Shown: one piece after another, positions 50,775-60,371 of the stretch
How the letters are laid out: every line of letters starts with the position of its first letter
How positions within the stretch are numbered: the first letter of the stretch is position 1
Assembly: GCA_963696385.1 (NCBI GenBank)
Contig: CAVOKF010000005.1
Coordinates: 992,001-1,056,000 of the forward strand
Origin: an uncultured delta proteobacterium
GTDB taxonomy: Bacteria; Myxococcota_A; Polyangia; Polyangiales; Polyangiaceae
Direction: 5' to 3'
DNA: 64,000 nt
Translations under genes and position numbers: made by a program
Notes under the pieces: model-generated
What the model was told of the DNA's origin: nothing
Databases searched by the model: none
Seen by the model: the letters and a program-made list of their open reading frames with translations, nothing else

Positions 50775-51904
50775 GTGCGGTGCGATCCGGCTTCTGGGCC
50801 GTCCTGCGCGTACTCGTGCCCCTCGGGGCGCAAGGCTGCATGCTGCTCGTGGGCACCAACGACTACACGACCGACGGTGGGGCGTCGGCGATGAATGCGG
50901 GCGGGGCGTCGGCGACGAGCGCAGCGGGCACGGGGGCGTCGGCGACGAGCGCGGCCAGCACGGGGGCGTCGGCGACGAGCACGGCCAGCACGGGGGCGTC
51001 GGCGACGAGCACGGCCAGTGCTGGGGCAACCGGTGACGACGAGGGGCCGGGGATGGATGCGTCGTCGCCCCAGCCGATCACGCTGCAGGGGGCCTGCACC
51101 AATCTCGAGACCGCCCTGTGCAACAAAATCGAGAGTTGCGACCCATTTTACATCACGGAAACCTATGGAACGGTCGCTGGTTGCGTTCAGCGCAGCCTCC
51201 TCGCGTGCCCGCTCATCGCGGCCGCGCCGAGCGACATCGAGGCCTGTGCGCAGTCGACCCCAGCGGAAACCTGCGATCAGCTGTTCAGCAACAACGAACC
51301 CGCCGCGTGCAACTACGTGGGTCCGATGCCACAAGGCGGGGCGTGCAGCCAAAACGCTCAGTGCGACACGCGGACCGAGTTCTGCGAGGGGGATCCGGGC
51401 CAGACTTGCGGCGTGTGCGCGCCACGCGTCGGGGCCATGGGGGCGTGCAGCGACGACTCGGTCTGCCAGCTGGGCCTGTCCTGCGCGATACCGAGTGGTG
51501 ACACCCTCGGCACGTGCGCCGTGCCGGCGGCCGCGGGCGAGGAGTGCGACGACAACCAGCCGTGCGCAGGGACCCTCGTCTGCACGGAAAATGGCGTCTG
51601 CGGGCTGGCGCTCGAGGTCGGCGCAGCCTGCGCGAGCCAGGAGTGCGACGAGTCCCAGGGTGTCTTCTGCGATACCGAGCTCGAGGTCTGCACGCAGTAC
51701 CAGGCGGCTTCGCCCGGTGACGCGTGTGGCTTCTGCGCGGCATCCGGCTTCTGTCGAACCGACTCCGACTTGGGGACCGGAACCTGCCTCGCCGCGGCCG
51801 CCGACGGCACGGCGTGCGACGCGACCAACGGCCCCCTGTGCACGCCGCCCGCCGCGTGCACCAACGGCCTATGCGAGCTGCCGGTCGCGCAGGTCTGCAA
51901 CTGA
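50771..51904 (+). CDS. Cys-rich lipoprotein
   Basis: ATGA overlap; AQGC lipobox; GASATSxAST repeats; many G..C...C...C repeats. Confidence 0.75.
   Translation: MSAVRSGFWAVLRVLVPLGAQGCMLLVGTNDYTTDGGASAMNAGGASATSAAGTGASATSAASTGASATSTASTGASATSTASAGATGDDEGPGMDASSPQPITLQGACTNLETALCNKIESCDPFYITETYGTVAGCVQRSLLACPLIAAAPSDIEACAQSTPAETCDQLFSNNEPAACNYVGPMPQGGACSQNAQCDTRTEFCEGDPGQTCGVCAPRVGAMGACSDDSVCQLGLSCAIPSGDTLGTCAVPAAAGEECDDNQPCAGTLVCTENGVCGLALEVGAACASQECDESQGVFCDTELEVCTQYQAASPGDACGFCAASGFCRTDSDLGTGTCLAAAADGTACDATNGPLCTPPAACTNGLCELPVAQVCN
50879..51028 (+). repeat. ~30-bp coding tandem repeat (GASATSxAST)
   Basis: ggggcgtcggcgacgagc...cagcac, ~4-5 copies. Confidence 0.8.
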
Positions 51905-51927
51905 CGCGGGGCGATCGGAAGCTCGAG

Positions 51928-54900
51928 TTACTCCCCGGGTGCGGTCGCCGGATGGCTCGACAAGCCCGGCAGGCCGCCGTCCATCTCGGCGAGCTCACGT
52001 TGCCCCCGGTCCAGGTCGGCGCTGGAAGAGAAGCGCTTCTTGATCCACACCGTGACATCGTCGAAAAGCGAGTAGGCGACCGGCGTCGCCAACAGCGTGA
52101 GAGCGAGCGACAGCGTCTGCCCTCCCACGACGACGCCGGCGGTGGCGCGGTTCATCCCCGCGCCGATGCCGCGCGAGGTGATGAGCGGGATCATCCCCGC
52201 TACGAAGGCCAGGGTCGTCATCAGGATCGGGCGAAGTCGGTCGCGGTTGGCCTCGAGGATGGCGTCGAGCCGCGTCCTGCCCTCGGCGCGCAGATGGTTT
52301 GTGTGATCCACTTGGAGGATGGCGTTCTTCTTCACGACGCCGAAGAGCACGATGATGCCCGAGCATCGACAACAGGGACAGCTCCTGTCCGAACAGAAGC
52401 AGCGACAGCAGTGCGAAAGGCACGGTGAGGGGAAGCGACAGCATGATCGTGATCGGGTGCAGCCACGACCCGAACTGCGCCGCCAGGACGAGGTACATGA
52501 AGATGAACGAGAGGCCGACCGCCATTGCGAAGCCTTTCACGGCGCGACCGGTCTCTTTGGTCAGCCCCGCCGGCACCGCGTGGTACTCGGGAGGCAGGTG
52601 CTGGTCTCCGATGATTCGGACGAGCGCATCCGATACCTCGCTTTGGCCGACGCCGGGAGCGACATTGGCCGTGATCGTGACCTGACGCTGCCGCGCGAGC
52701 CGGTTGATCAGCGACGGACCGGTCGTGGGGACGAGCTTCACGACCGACGAGAGCGGCACGGTCTTGCCGGTCTTGGTCTGCACCGTCATGACCGAGATCC
52801 CGGCCAGATCGGCCCTGTACGCAGCGCCGGCGCGGGCGCGGATATCGTAGTCGTTGCCCCCCTCCTCGTAGGTCGAGACCTTGAGACCGCCGACCAGAAG
52901 CTCGAGTGCGTTGGCCACGTCGGCTACATCGACGCCGAGGTTGCCGGCGAGCTCGCGGTCGATCTCGACGTGCACCTCGGGGTTGCCGACGATGAGGTTG
53001 GAGTCGACGTCCACCGCCCCCTTGGCCTGCCGGAAGCGCGCCGAGGATCTGGCTCGTGTAGCGGGAAAGCTGGTTGAGGTCGGGCCCGCTCAACGTGTAC
53101 TGGACCTGAGCCTGCGACTGACCGCTCGAGATCTGCGCCGTCTGAGACACGTCGATGCGAAGGTTCTTGGGCTGCAGAGGGATGACCTCCTTGCGGACTT
53201 TGTCCATGATCGCGAACTGGTCATCGCGCCGGTTGCGCGGGTCGACGAGGTGGACGAAGATGTTGGCCAAGTTGCGGGTGACCGACGAGTCGTTGCCGAT
53301 GGTGACGAGAGTGTGGTCGACGCCTGCGATGGCGCGGATGTCGCGCGCCACACGCTCGGCCTGAAGCCGAGTCTCGGCGAGGCTCGTCCCCTCCGGCGCG
53401 CGGACGTTGACGTCGAACTCGGCCACGTCATTGGGTGGGGTGAAGCCCTTGGGCACGGCTGCGGCGAGCGGGACGCACGAACCGAGCGTCGCGCATGCCA
53501 GGACGACGACGACCCAGCGGTGCTGCATGACCCAACTCAAGACGACCATGTAGAGCGATTCGATCGGCCGATAAAAACCGTCGACGAGCCGCTCCAGCAA
53601 GGACTTGTCGGCCGACCGTCCGTCGGCCGGGGGGCCGTGGAGCCAGCGCGCCGCGAGCATCGGCGTGAGCGAGAAACTGACCAGGAGCGAGACGAGGATG
53701 GCGAAGGCCATCGTCAGGCCGAAGCTTTTCAGGAAGCGCCCGATGATCCCGCTCATGAAGGCCACAGGAAGGAACACGGCCATCAAGGACAGCGTGGTCG
53801 CAAGCACGGCGAGGCCGATGTCGCGCGTCGCGAGGACCGCAGCCACGAAGGGCTTCTGCTTCTTCTCCTCGATGAAGCGGACGATGTTCTCGAGCACGAC
53901 GATGGCGTCGTCGATGACGATGCCGACCGCCAGCGCCAACGCGAGGAGCGTGATGATGTTGAGCGTGAAGCCCATCGCCCACATCAGAGCGAAGGTGCCG
54001 ACGATGGACACGGGGATGGCCAATGCGGCGATGACCGTGCTCCGCCAGTTGCCGAGGAAGATGAGCACGATCACGGCTGCGAACAGGGCACCCAGCACGA
54101 GGTGCTCTTTGACGGCGTTGACGCTGGTGCGGATGGAGGCCGACTCGTCGCGCACCACCTTGAGCTCGGAGCCCGAGGGAAGCGACTTCTGAACCTCGGA
54201 GAGCCTCGTTTTGACCGAGTCGACGACGGCGACGGTATTCTCGCCCGACTGTTTGCGGATGGATAGAACGACGCTTTCCTTGCCGTCCTCGACGGCCGAG
54301 GTCTTGGGGTCTTCGACGCCGTCCTCCACCCGTGCCACGTCGCCGATGCGCGTCGGATGGTCCTGGCTCTCCCGGATGACGATGCGGCCGATCTTGGCCA
54401 CGTCGTCGACGCGCCCCTCGACACGCAGAGACAAGCTCTTCGGGCCGGTCTCAATCTGCCCGCCCGGAACGCTCAGGTTCTGCTGCGCGAGCGCGCGCTC
54501 CACGTCGACCGCGGTGAGTCCGGCGGCCTCGAGCTTGAGCGGGTCGAGCCAGACGTTGATTTGCCGCCTCTTGCCGCCGAGGATGTTGACTTGTCCGACG
54601 CCGTTGATGCTCTCGATTTGGCGGCGCACGCGCTTGTCGGCGAGCTCGGTCGTGTCGCGGATCGTGCCGGGGCTACTCAGCGTGACGTACAGAATGGGGG
54701 ACGCGTCGGGGTCGACTTTGGAGACGACCGGCTGGTCGATTCCCTTGGGTAGATCGGGCAGCACGTTGTTGATGTGGTCCCGCACCTCCTGCGCCGCGAC
54801 ATCGGCGTCCTTGTCGAGGTTGAACGTGATGATGACGAGAGAGACGCCCTGGCTCGAACGTGGATCGCAGCTCGTCGATGCCGCTGATCGTGTTGACCGC

Positions 54901-55110
54901 TCCTTCGATCTTGTCGGTCAGCTCCGTCTCGATCTCCTCGGGGGCCGCGCCGTTCTCGGTCGTCGTCACGACGATGGCGGGGAAATCGATCTTGGGGAAC
55001 TGGTCGACCCCGAGCGAGAAGTAGCCGAAGGCGCCGATCACGATGAACACCAGCATCAGCACCCAGGTGAAGACCGGTTGCCGGATGCACAGCGACGCGA
55101 GCCATTGCAT
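51928..55110 (-). CDS. RND efflux permease (AcrB/AcrD/AcrF family), broken by frameshifts near 54860, 53040 and 52360
   Basis: Consecutive segments in different frames: [14 protein letters not shown]...[43 protein letters not shown]...RLRPILMTT. Confidence 0.9.
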
Positions 55111-55134
55111 GCTTGTTCCCTCGTAAACTGCGGG

Positions 55135-56238
55135 CTATTCGGTCTGCACCCCGTCGAGGGCGCCAGGCGGCGGAGACACGACGACGCTGTTCCCCTGTCT
55201 TCACGCCGTCGGCGATGGCCACGAGATCTCCGACGCTCGGGCCCGACCTGCACGACGCGCTCTTCGAGGTGGCCATCCACCACGGCGAACAGACTGTCGT
55301 TGTCGCCGTGGTGGACGAGCGCCTTCTCGGAGACGACCGGCAACGTCACCTCGCCCACGGGCAGCTGTGCGGTCACGAACATGCCCGGCAGAAGCGCGCG
55401 GTCGTGGTTGTCGGTCACCGCCTCGACCACGAGATCGCGCGTGGCCTCGCGGATCTCGCCGCCCATGTACTTCACCGTCGCGGTGAAGGTGCGGCCGGGC
55501 AGCGCCACCGTCTCGAACGAAACGGCGAGCCCGGCGTGCACGCTGCCGACGTTGGCCTCGGGCACGGTGAGCTCGAGGCGCAGCGGGTCGTCGACCAGGA
55601 GCGTGACGACGCGCGTATCGGCGTGCACGTAGTCGCCGACGTGGACGAACCGCTCGGCGATGACGCCGCTGAATGGGGCGCGGATGGAGGAGTCGGTGAG
55701 CGTCTGCACGGCCTGCGGCGGCACGGACGTGCGCGGCCTCTTCGCTGGCAGCCTGGGTCTCGCAGCTCGTGCTCTGCTTGTCGTACTCCTGCTGGGTGAT
55801 GGCCCCTTTGGCGAGCAGGCCCACGTAGCGCTGGCAGTCGGCCCTCAGATTCTTGAGCTGCTCGGTGGCGCTCTTCGCGTTGGCTTCCGCCTCGGCGCGC
55901 GAGAGGGCGGCCGAGCGGGCGTCGAGCTGGGCCAGGATCGCTCCATGGGCGACGTGGTCTCCCCGCTCGACGAAGGTCTTGGTCACCCGGCCGGCGGCGT
56001 TGGCGGCGAGGTCGGTGCGTTCGTTGGACGACAGCACTCCGGTCAGGCGCAGGACCTTGGGGACGGGCTGCTCGGTGACGAGCACGGTCTCCACATGGAT
56101 CTTGGCCGCGGGCAATTTGCGCTCGACGGCGGCGGCCGATCCGCTCGTGCATCCTGTGGCCCAGACGCCGCTCGCGCATCCTGTGGCCCAGACGCCGATC
56201 GTGAAGCCGTGAACGGCGAGCGAGAGCGATCGATTCAT
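55135..56238 (-). CDS. RND membrane fusion protein, broken by frameshifts near 55720, 55240 and 55185
   Basis: Lipobox WATGC; AGRV...VERGDHV; IRAPFSG; PLRLELTVPE; LLPGMF; GVKTGE, spread across frames. Confidence 0.85.
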
Positions 56239-57572
56239 GGCGTCTGCCCGACGAGCTGTCCTGCGTCCAGCCGCAGCGCCACGCGCGCGTAAGCCAGGTC
56301 CGCGTCGGCCTGAATGCGGGCCACGTCGGCGGCGAATGCATCCTGGCGCGCTTGCAATACGTCGAGCTGGGTCGCGACCCCGTTCTCGTAGCGGTCTTCT
56401 GCGAGGGAAGCGGCGAGCTTGGCGGCAGTGACCTGTGCGCGCGACGATCGCGCCGACTGGATGTCGGCGCGAATCTGCTGCCAGTCTTGGAATACCGCGT
56501 CCTCGGCGGCCTGCCGCGCGCGATCCTCGTTGGCGCGTGCGGCTGCGGCGACCGCATTCTGGGCGCGGATTTGCGCGAGGATGGTGGTATCGAGCTTCCA
56601 CGACGCGGCAACCTGCAATAAGTAGATGGCGGAGTGGCCTCCGACGAACGCGGTGGCATTGGTGAACTTCTCCTGCGCCGAGGCAAAGACCGTAGGAAGC
56701 CACCCGGTTTTCGCCGCTTGCGCACCGAGCTCGGCCTCCGCATGGGTCGCCGCCGCGCTCAGCACCGACGGCACTCCGTCCGCCATTCCCGTCCAGTTCG
56801 CGAGGGATTGCTCCTCGTGCAGATCGTCTTCGGGAAAGGAGGTTACCGGCTCTGCGACAAGCCCCGAGAGCGAGTAGAGGTCGCGCCGGGTGTTGGTCAC
56901 GGCGAGCTCGGCCGCGGTCACGCTCTGCTCGGCCTTCGCTTCGTCGGCCAGAGCGCGCTGAACGTCGAGTTCGGAGCCGGTGCCGCTCTCCTTGCGGTCG
57001 CGCGCGAGACCCACGTTGTGTTGTGTGACCTCCACGTTCCTTCGGGCCGAGAGCAGCACGGCTTCAACGCCCACCAGCGTGTAGTAGTCATGCAGCACGC
57101 TTTTTTCCACGGTGAGTTCTGAATTGGCCTCGTCGGCGCGCGCGCCGTCGAGTACTGCGCGCCCAGCGGCCCGGCGGTCCCAGTTGGCGATGTTGATGAG
57201 CGGCACAGTGAGCAGCACGTTGCCGTCAAACTGATTCTGCGGTTGGATAATCCCTCCGCCGGGCAAGGACGCTGCGGGAACGGCGGTCAAGGAGGCTGCC
57301 GGAAGGAGTGCCCCGATCGAGACGAGGTACTGGTTTCTCGTGTAGGTCGCCCCGGCGGAGACGTTGGGTAGAAGGTTGCCTGTCGAGACGTCCAATTCGG
57401 CGTCGCGCTGCGCCGTCGTTGCGTGGGCGGCGCGGTTCTGCGGGTTCCACGTCTTGGCGTGCGCGAGGAACTCCGTGACCGGCTGCAGAGCAAGTGCGGA
57501 GCGTGTCGAGAGGGTATACACCGCCGCCAGGGCCAGCCCAGCGCCGAGGTGACGAAGGAGCGAATGCGTCAT
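56235..57572 (-). CDS. TolC-family outer-membrane efflux protein
   Basis: Signal peptide; LLPNVS; ELDVQRA; YENGVATQLDVLQA. Confidence 0.88.
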   Translation of the reverse strand: MTHSLLRHLGAGLALAAVYTLSTRSALALQPVTEFLAHAKTWNPQNRAAHATTAQRDAELDVSTGNLLPNVSAGATYTRNQYLVSIGALLPAASLTAVPAASLPGGGIIQPQNQFDGNVLLTVPLINIANWDRRAAGRAVLDGARADEANSELTVEKSVLHDYYTLVGVEAVLLSARRNVEVTQHNVGLARDRKESGTGSELDVQRALADEAKAEQSVTAAELAVTNTRRDLYSLSGLVAEPVTSFPEDDLHEEQSLANWTGMADGVPSVLSAAATHAEAELGAQAAKTGWLPTVFASAQEKFTNATAFVGGHSAIYLLQVAASWKLDTTILAQIRAQNAVAAAARANEDRARQAAEDAVFQDWQQIRADIQSARSSRAQVTAAKLAASLAEDRYENGVATQLDVLQARQDAFAADVARIQADADLAYARVALRLDAGQLVGQTP

Positions 57573-57588
57573 AGCGCGGTCGGACCAT

Positions 57589-57729
57589 GCAACGAGAAGT
57601 TGCGATAACGACCGATGCCGGAGCGCATCGAGGCGTTGCTCTCGATTCGTGCGCCTTTAAAAAAAGGCGGACCGCTCCGCCAGCGGCGGGGTGGGGCGGC
57701 CCCGGTTCGCCGCAACGAGTGGTTGCGGC
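57589..57729. promoter_or_regulatory. Two palindromic operators GCAAC-N5-GTTGC between tolC and tetR
   Basis: GCAACgagaaGTTGC at 57589-57603; GCCGCAACgagtgGTTGCGGC at 57709-57729. Confidence 0.65.
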
Positions 57730-57758
57730 AAACGCGGCACGGGCACACGTTAGAAGCC

Positions 57759-58424
57759 ATGGCCATACGGCAGAACGCGAAAAGAACGCCTCGGGGGGCG
57801 CGTACGGTCCGCACAGGGGGGCGCAGCGCGCGCATCGTCGCCGAAGTTTTGCGAGCGGCCGCCGCGGAGCTGACCCGAGTGGGCTACGCAGCCCTTCGGG
57901 TCGAGGATGTGGCACGAGCCGCCGGGGTCAATAAAACCACCGTGTACCGGCGCTGGCTCACCAAGATGCAGCTCGTGTCCGAGACGCTCGCGCGCGAACG
58001 CGAGCGCTGCGTCGTCACCCCCGATACCGGGTCGGTACGCGAGGATCTCCGAATCATGCTTTCTGCGTTCATCGAGCAGGGGCGCACGCCACTGGCGCGG
58101 GCTTGGTGGTCGGAGCTCGGCAATACCGAGGTGCGGGCGATCATGCGTGGCTTTCGCCATCATTTCGAATCCCAGTGGGCCAAGGTCATCGCCCGCGCGA
58201 TGGCCCGGGGCGAGCTGCCGGCCGATACCTCACCGCTCTTTCTGGTCGAGATCGTCGTGGCACCGGTCGCAGGGCGTCTGGTGCGCGGCGAAGAGTTGCC
58301 GACCGATGAATTCTGCATCCAAATTGTCGACCTCGTGCTGGCCGGCGTCGCTTCGCTCGCATCCTCGCGCCGCACCGCCGCACCGCCGCGCCATAGCCTC
58401 GACGATCGACCGGTGGCCCGCTAG
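57759..58424 (+). CDS. TetR/AcrR-family regulator
   Basis: GGRSARI; VEDVARAAGVNKTTVYRRW; PDTGSVREDL; RAMARGEL. Divergent from the RND operon. Confidence 0.92.
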   Translation: MAIRQNAKRTPRGARTVRTGGRSARIVAEVLRAAAAELTRVGYAALRVEDVARAAGVNKTTVYRRWLTKMQLVSETLARERERCVVTPDTGSVREDLRIMLSAFIEQGRTPLARAWWSELGNTEVRAIMRGFRHHFESQWAKVIARAMARGELPADTSPLFLVEIVVAPVAGRLVRGEELPTDEFCIQIVDLVLAGVASLASSRRTAAPPRHSLDDRPVAR

Positions 58425-58636
58425 CGGCCCCGACCGCGATGACCTGCCATGGGCGACCGCGATCCGTCGAGGATCCTTACGAGCCGCGCGGTCTCTGCTA
58501 AGCCTCAGTGTCGCGGCGGCCGAAGCGCGGACGTCCCTCGTCGATCCCGAACGAAACGCCCATCGAATCACGGGAAAGAAAGTGGGAAACGAGCGCCCCA
58601 TCCGTTCGTTGAAACCAGTGAAGAGGAGGACGACCC

Positions 58637-59152
58637 ATGAGCAAGAAGAGTGCAGCCGTCGCAGTCTACGCCACTCACGACGAAGCGGACGCGGCCATCA
58701 AGTCGCTTCAGAAATCCGGTTTCGATATGAAGAATCTCTCCATCGTGGGCAAGGACTTCCGTACGGAGGAGCACGCCGTCGGCTATTACAACACCGGCGA
58801 TCGCGTGAAGTTCTGGGGAAAGACCGGTGCCTTCTGGGGTGGCCTCGCTGGAATCCTTTTTTCATCGGCATTTCTCGTCATCCCGATTGTGGGCCACATC
58901 ATCGTCCTCGGTCCGCTGGTGAGCTCCATCATTGGCGGGTTGGAGGGTGCGGCCGTCGTCGGGACGACGAGCGCGCTTTTCGCCGCACTGACGGGGCTCG
59001 GGATTCCAAAGGATTCGGTGATCCAATACGAAAACGAAGTCAAGGCGGGGAAGTTTCTCGTTCTTGCCCAGGGTACAGAGGAAGAGGTCGCTCGAGCCAA
59101 AACCATCCTCGGTGCGTCGAGACCCGCGACACTGGCGATTCACGCGACCTGA
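58637..59152 (+). CDS. General stress / DUF1269-like membrane protein
   Basis: AVYATHDEA...LQKSGFDMKNLSIVGKD; WGKTGAFWGG; LGIPKDSVIQYE; SD gaggagga. Confidence 0.8.
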   Translation: MSKKSAAVAVYATHDEADAAIKSLQKSGFDMKNLSIVGKDFRTEEHAVGYYNTGDRVKFWGKTGAFWGGLAGILFSSAFLVIPIVGHIIVLGPLVSSIIGGLEGAAVVGTTSALFAALTGLGIPKDSVIQYENEVKAGKFLVLAQGTEEEVARAKTILGASRPATLAIHAT

Positions 59153-59172
59153 ACGCTGTCACACCGGGGCCA

Positions 59173-60360
59173 TCACCGAAACGACACGCGTGTGCCTTCG
59201 TGCACCGAAGCGCCGGGGTGCATCACGACGATGACGTCGGTTTCAAGGCCGCTGACGATCTCGGTCTGCAGCAGACCGCGGTGACCCATCTGCACGTCGC
59301 GAATCACAGCGCGCCCTCGCCGCACGGTGAACGTGGCCCAGCTGGCACCTTGTCGAAAAAGAGCGCTCGCCGGCACTTGCATCACGTCCGGTTTCGACCA
59401 GACGGTGATCTCGATTTCGGCGGCGAACCCGTCGCCGAGGGCTCGCCAATCCTCTGACGGCCCCTCGGGGTCCAGAACGACATTGACCCGCTGCTCGTCG
59501 ACACCAAGGGCAGAAGTCTTGGTGAATGCCGAGGGCTCCACGCGACGCACTTTCGCCCTCAGGGGGGGCTCGCTGCCCCAATGAACGAGGCGGGCGGGCA
59601 TCCCGGGTCGAACTGCAACCGCGTCTTGCGACAGGACCTCCACGACCAGCTCCAGCGCTCGCGGATCCCCCACCTCGATGAGGGCCGTGCCCGCCTCCAC
59701 GACGCCCTCGCTCTTGTGCAACACGTGAAGCACTTGACCGTGCACCGGTGAAGTCACCTCGAACTGCTCGGAGGGGCGAGCGCCAGGCAAAAACGTTTCG
59801 ATCGCCGCCCGGGCTTGCTCGATGTCGTGTGCGGCGACTTTTTCGGAGAAACGAGCCGACGCAAGCTCTGCTTCGCGCATGCGAGCGTCGGCCGCCGCCT
59901 GATCGAGCTGCGACGCCGGCAAGGCGCCCTGCTTGGCGAGCGCCTCGACGCGGGCCAGATCGCGATGCGCCTCGTCGTCAGCCGTCTCGGCGCGGGCCAC
60001 CGTCGCGCTGGCCTGCCGTTGCGTGTCGATCGCCGAGGCGAGACGTTGCTCCGCCATTTGGCTCGATCGCGGGTCGAGCAACGGGCTCGGCAGCGGCAGC
60101 AGTCGAGCCAGCACCGTCGCCGGTTCGACTGCGTCTCCCTCGTGAAGATCGATGCGCGCGAGGGTTCCGGCGACCGGGGCCGACACGATGTAGCGTTCCC
60201 GAACCCGGGCGCGGCCTTCGTTGACGATCGTGACGTCGAGCGGTCCCCGTACAACGCGAGCCACATCGACCTGCACGGGACGCTCGCGCAAGGCGACCGA
60301 CACCCCTGCGAGCAGGGCCGCGGCCAGGAGAATGCTGACGATCCGAAATGGCCATTTCAT
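59173..60360 (-). CDS. HlyD-family membrane fusion protein
   Basis: EGRARVRERYIVSAPVAG; FTKTSALGVDEQRV; QVPASALFR. True start MKWPFR. Confidence 0.9.
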   Translation of the reverse strand: MKWPFRIVSILLAAALLAGVSVALRERPVQVDVARVVRGPLDVTIVNEGRARVRERYIVSAPVAGTLARIDLHEGDAVEPATVLARLLPLPSPLLDPRSSQMAEQRLASAIDTQRQASATVARAETADDEAHRDLARVEALAKQGALPASQLDQAAADARMREAELASARFSEKVAAHDIEQARAAIETFLPGARPSEQFEVTSPVHGQVLHVLHKSEGVVEAGTALIEVGDPRALELVVEVLSQDAVAVRPGMPARLVHWGSEPPLRAKVRRVEPSAFTKTSALGVDEQRVNVVLDPEGPSEDWRALGDGFAAEIEITVWSKPDVMQVPASALFRQGASWATFTVRRGRAVIRDVQMGHRGLLQTEIVSGLETDVIVVMHPGASVHEGTRVSFR

Positions 60361-60371
60361 CGCTGCACCCC

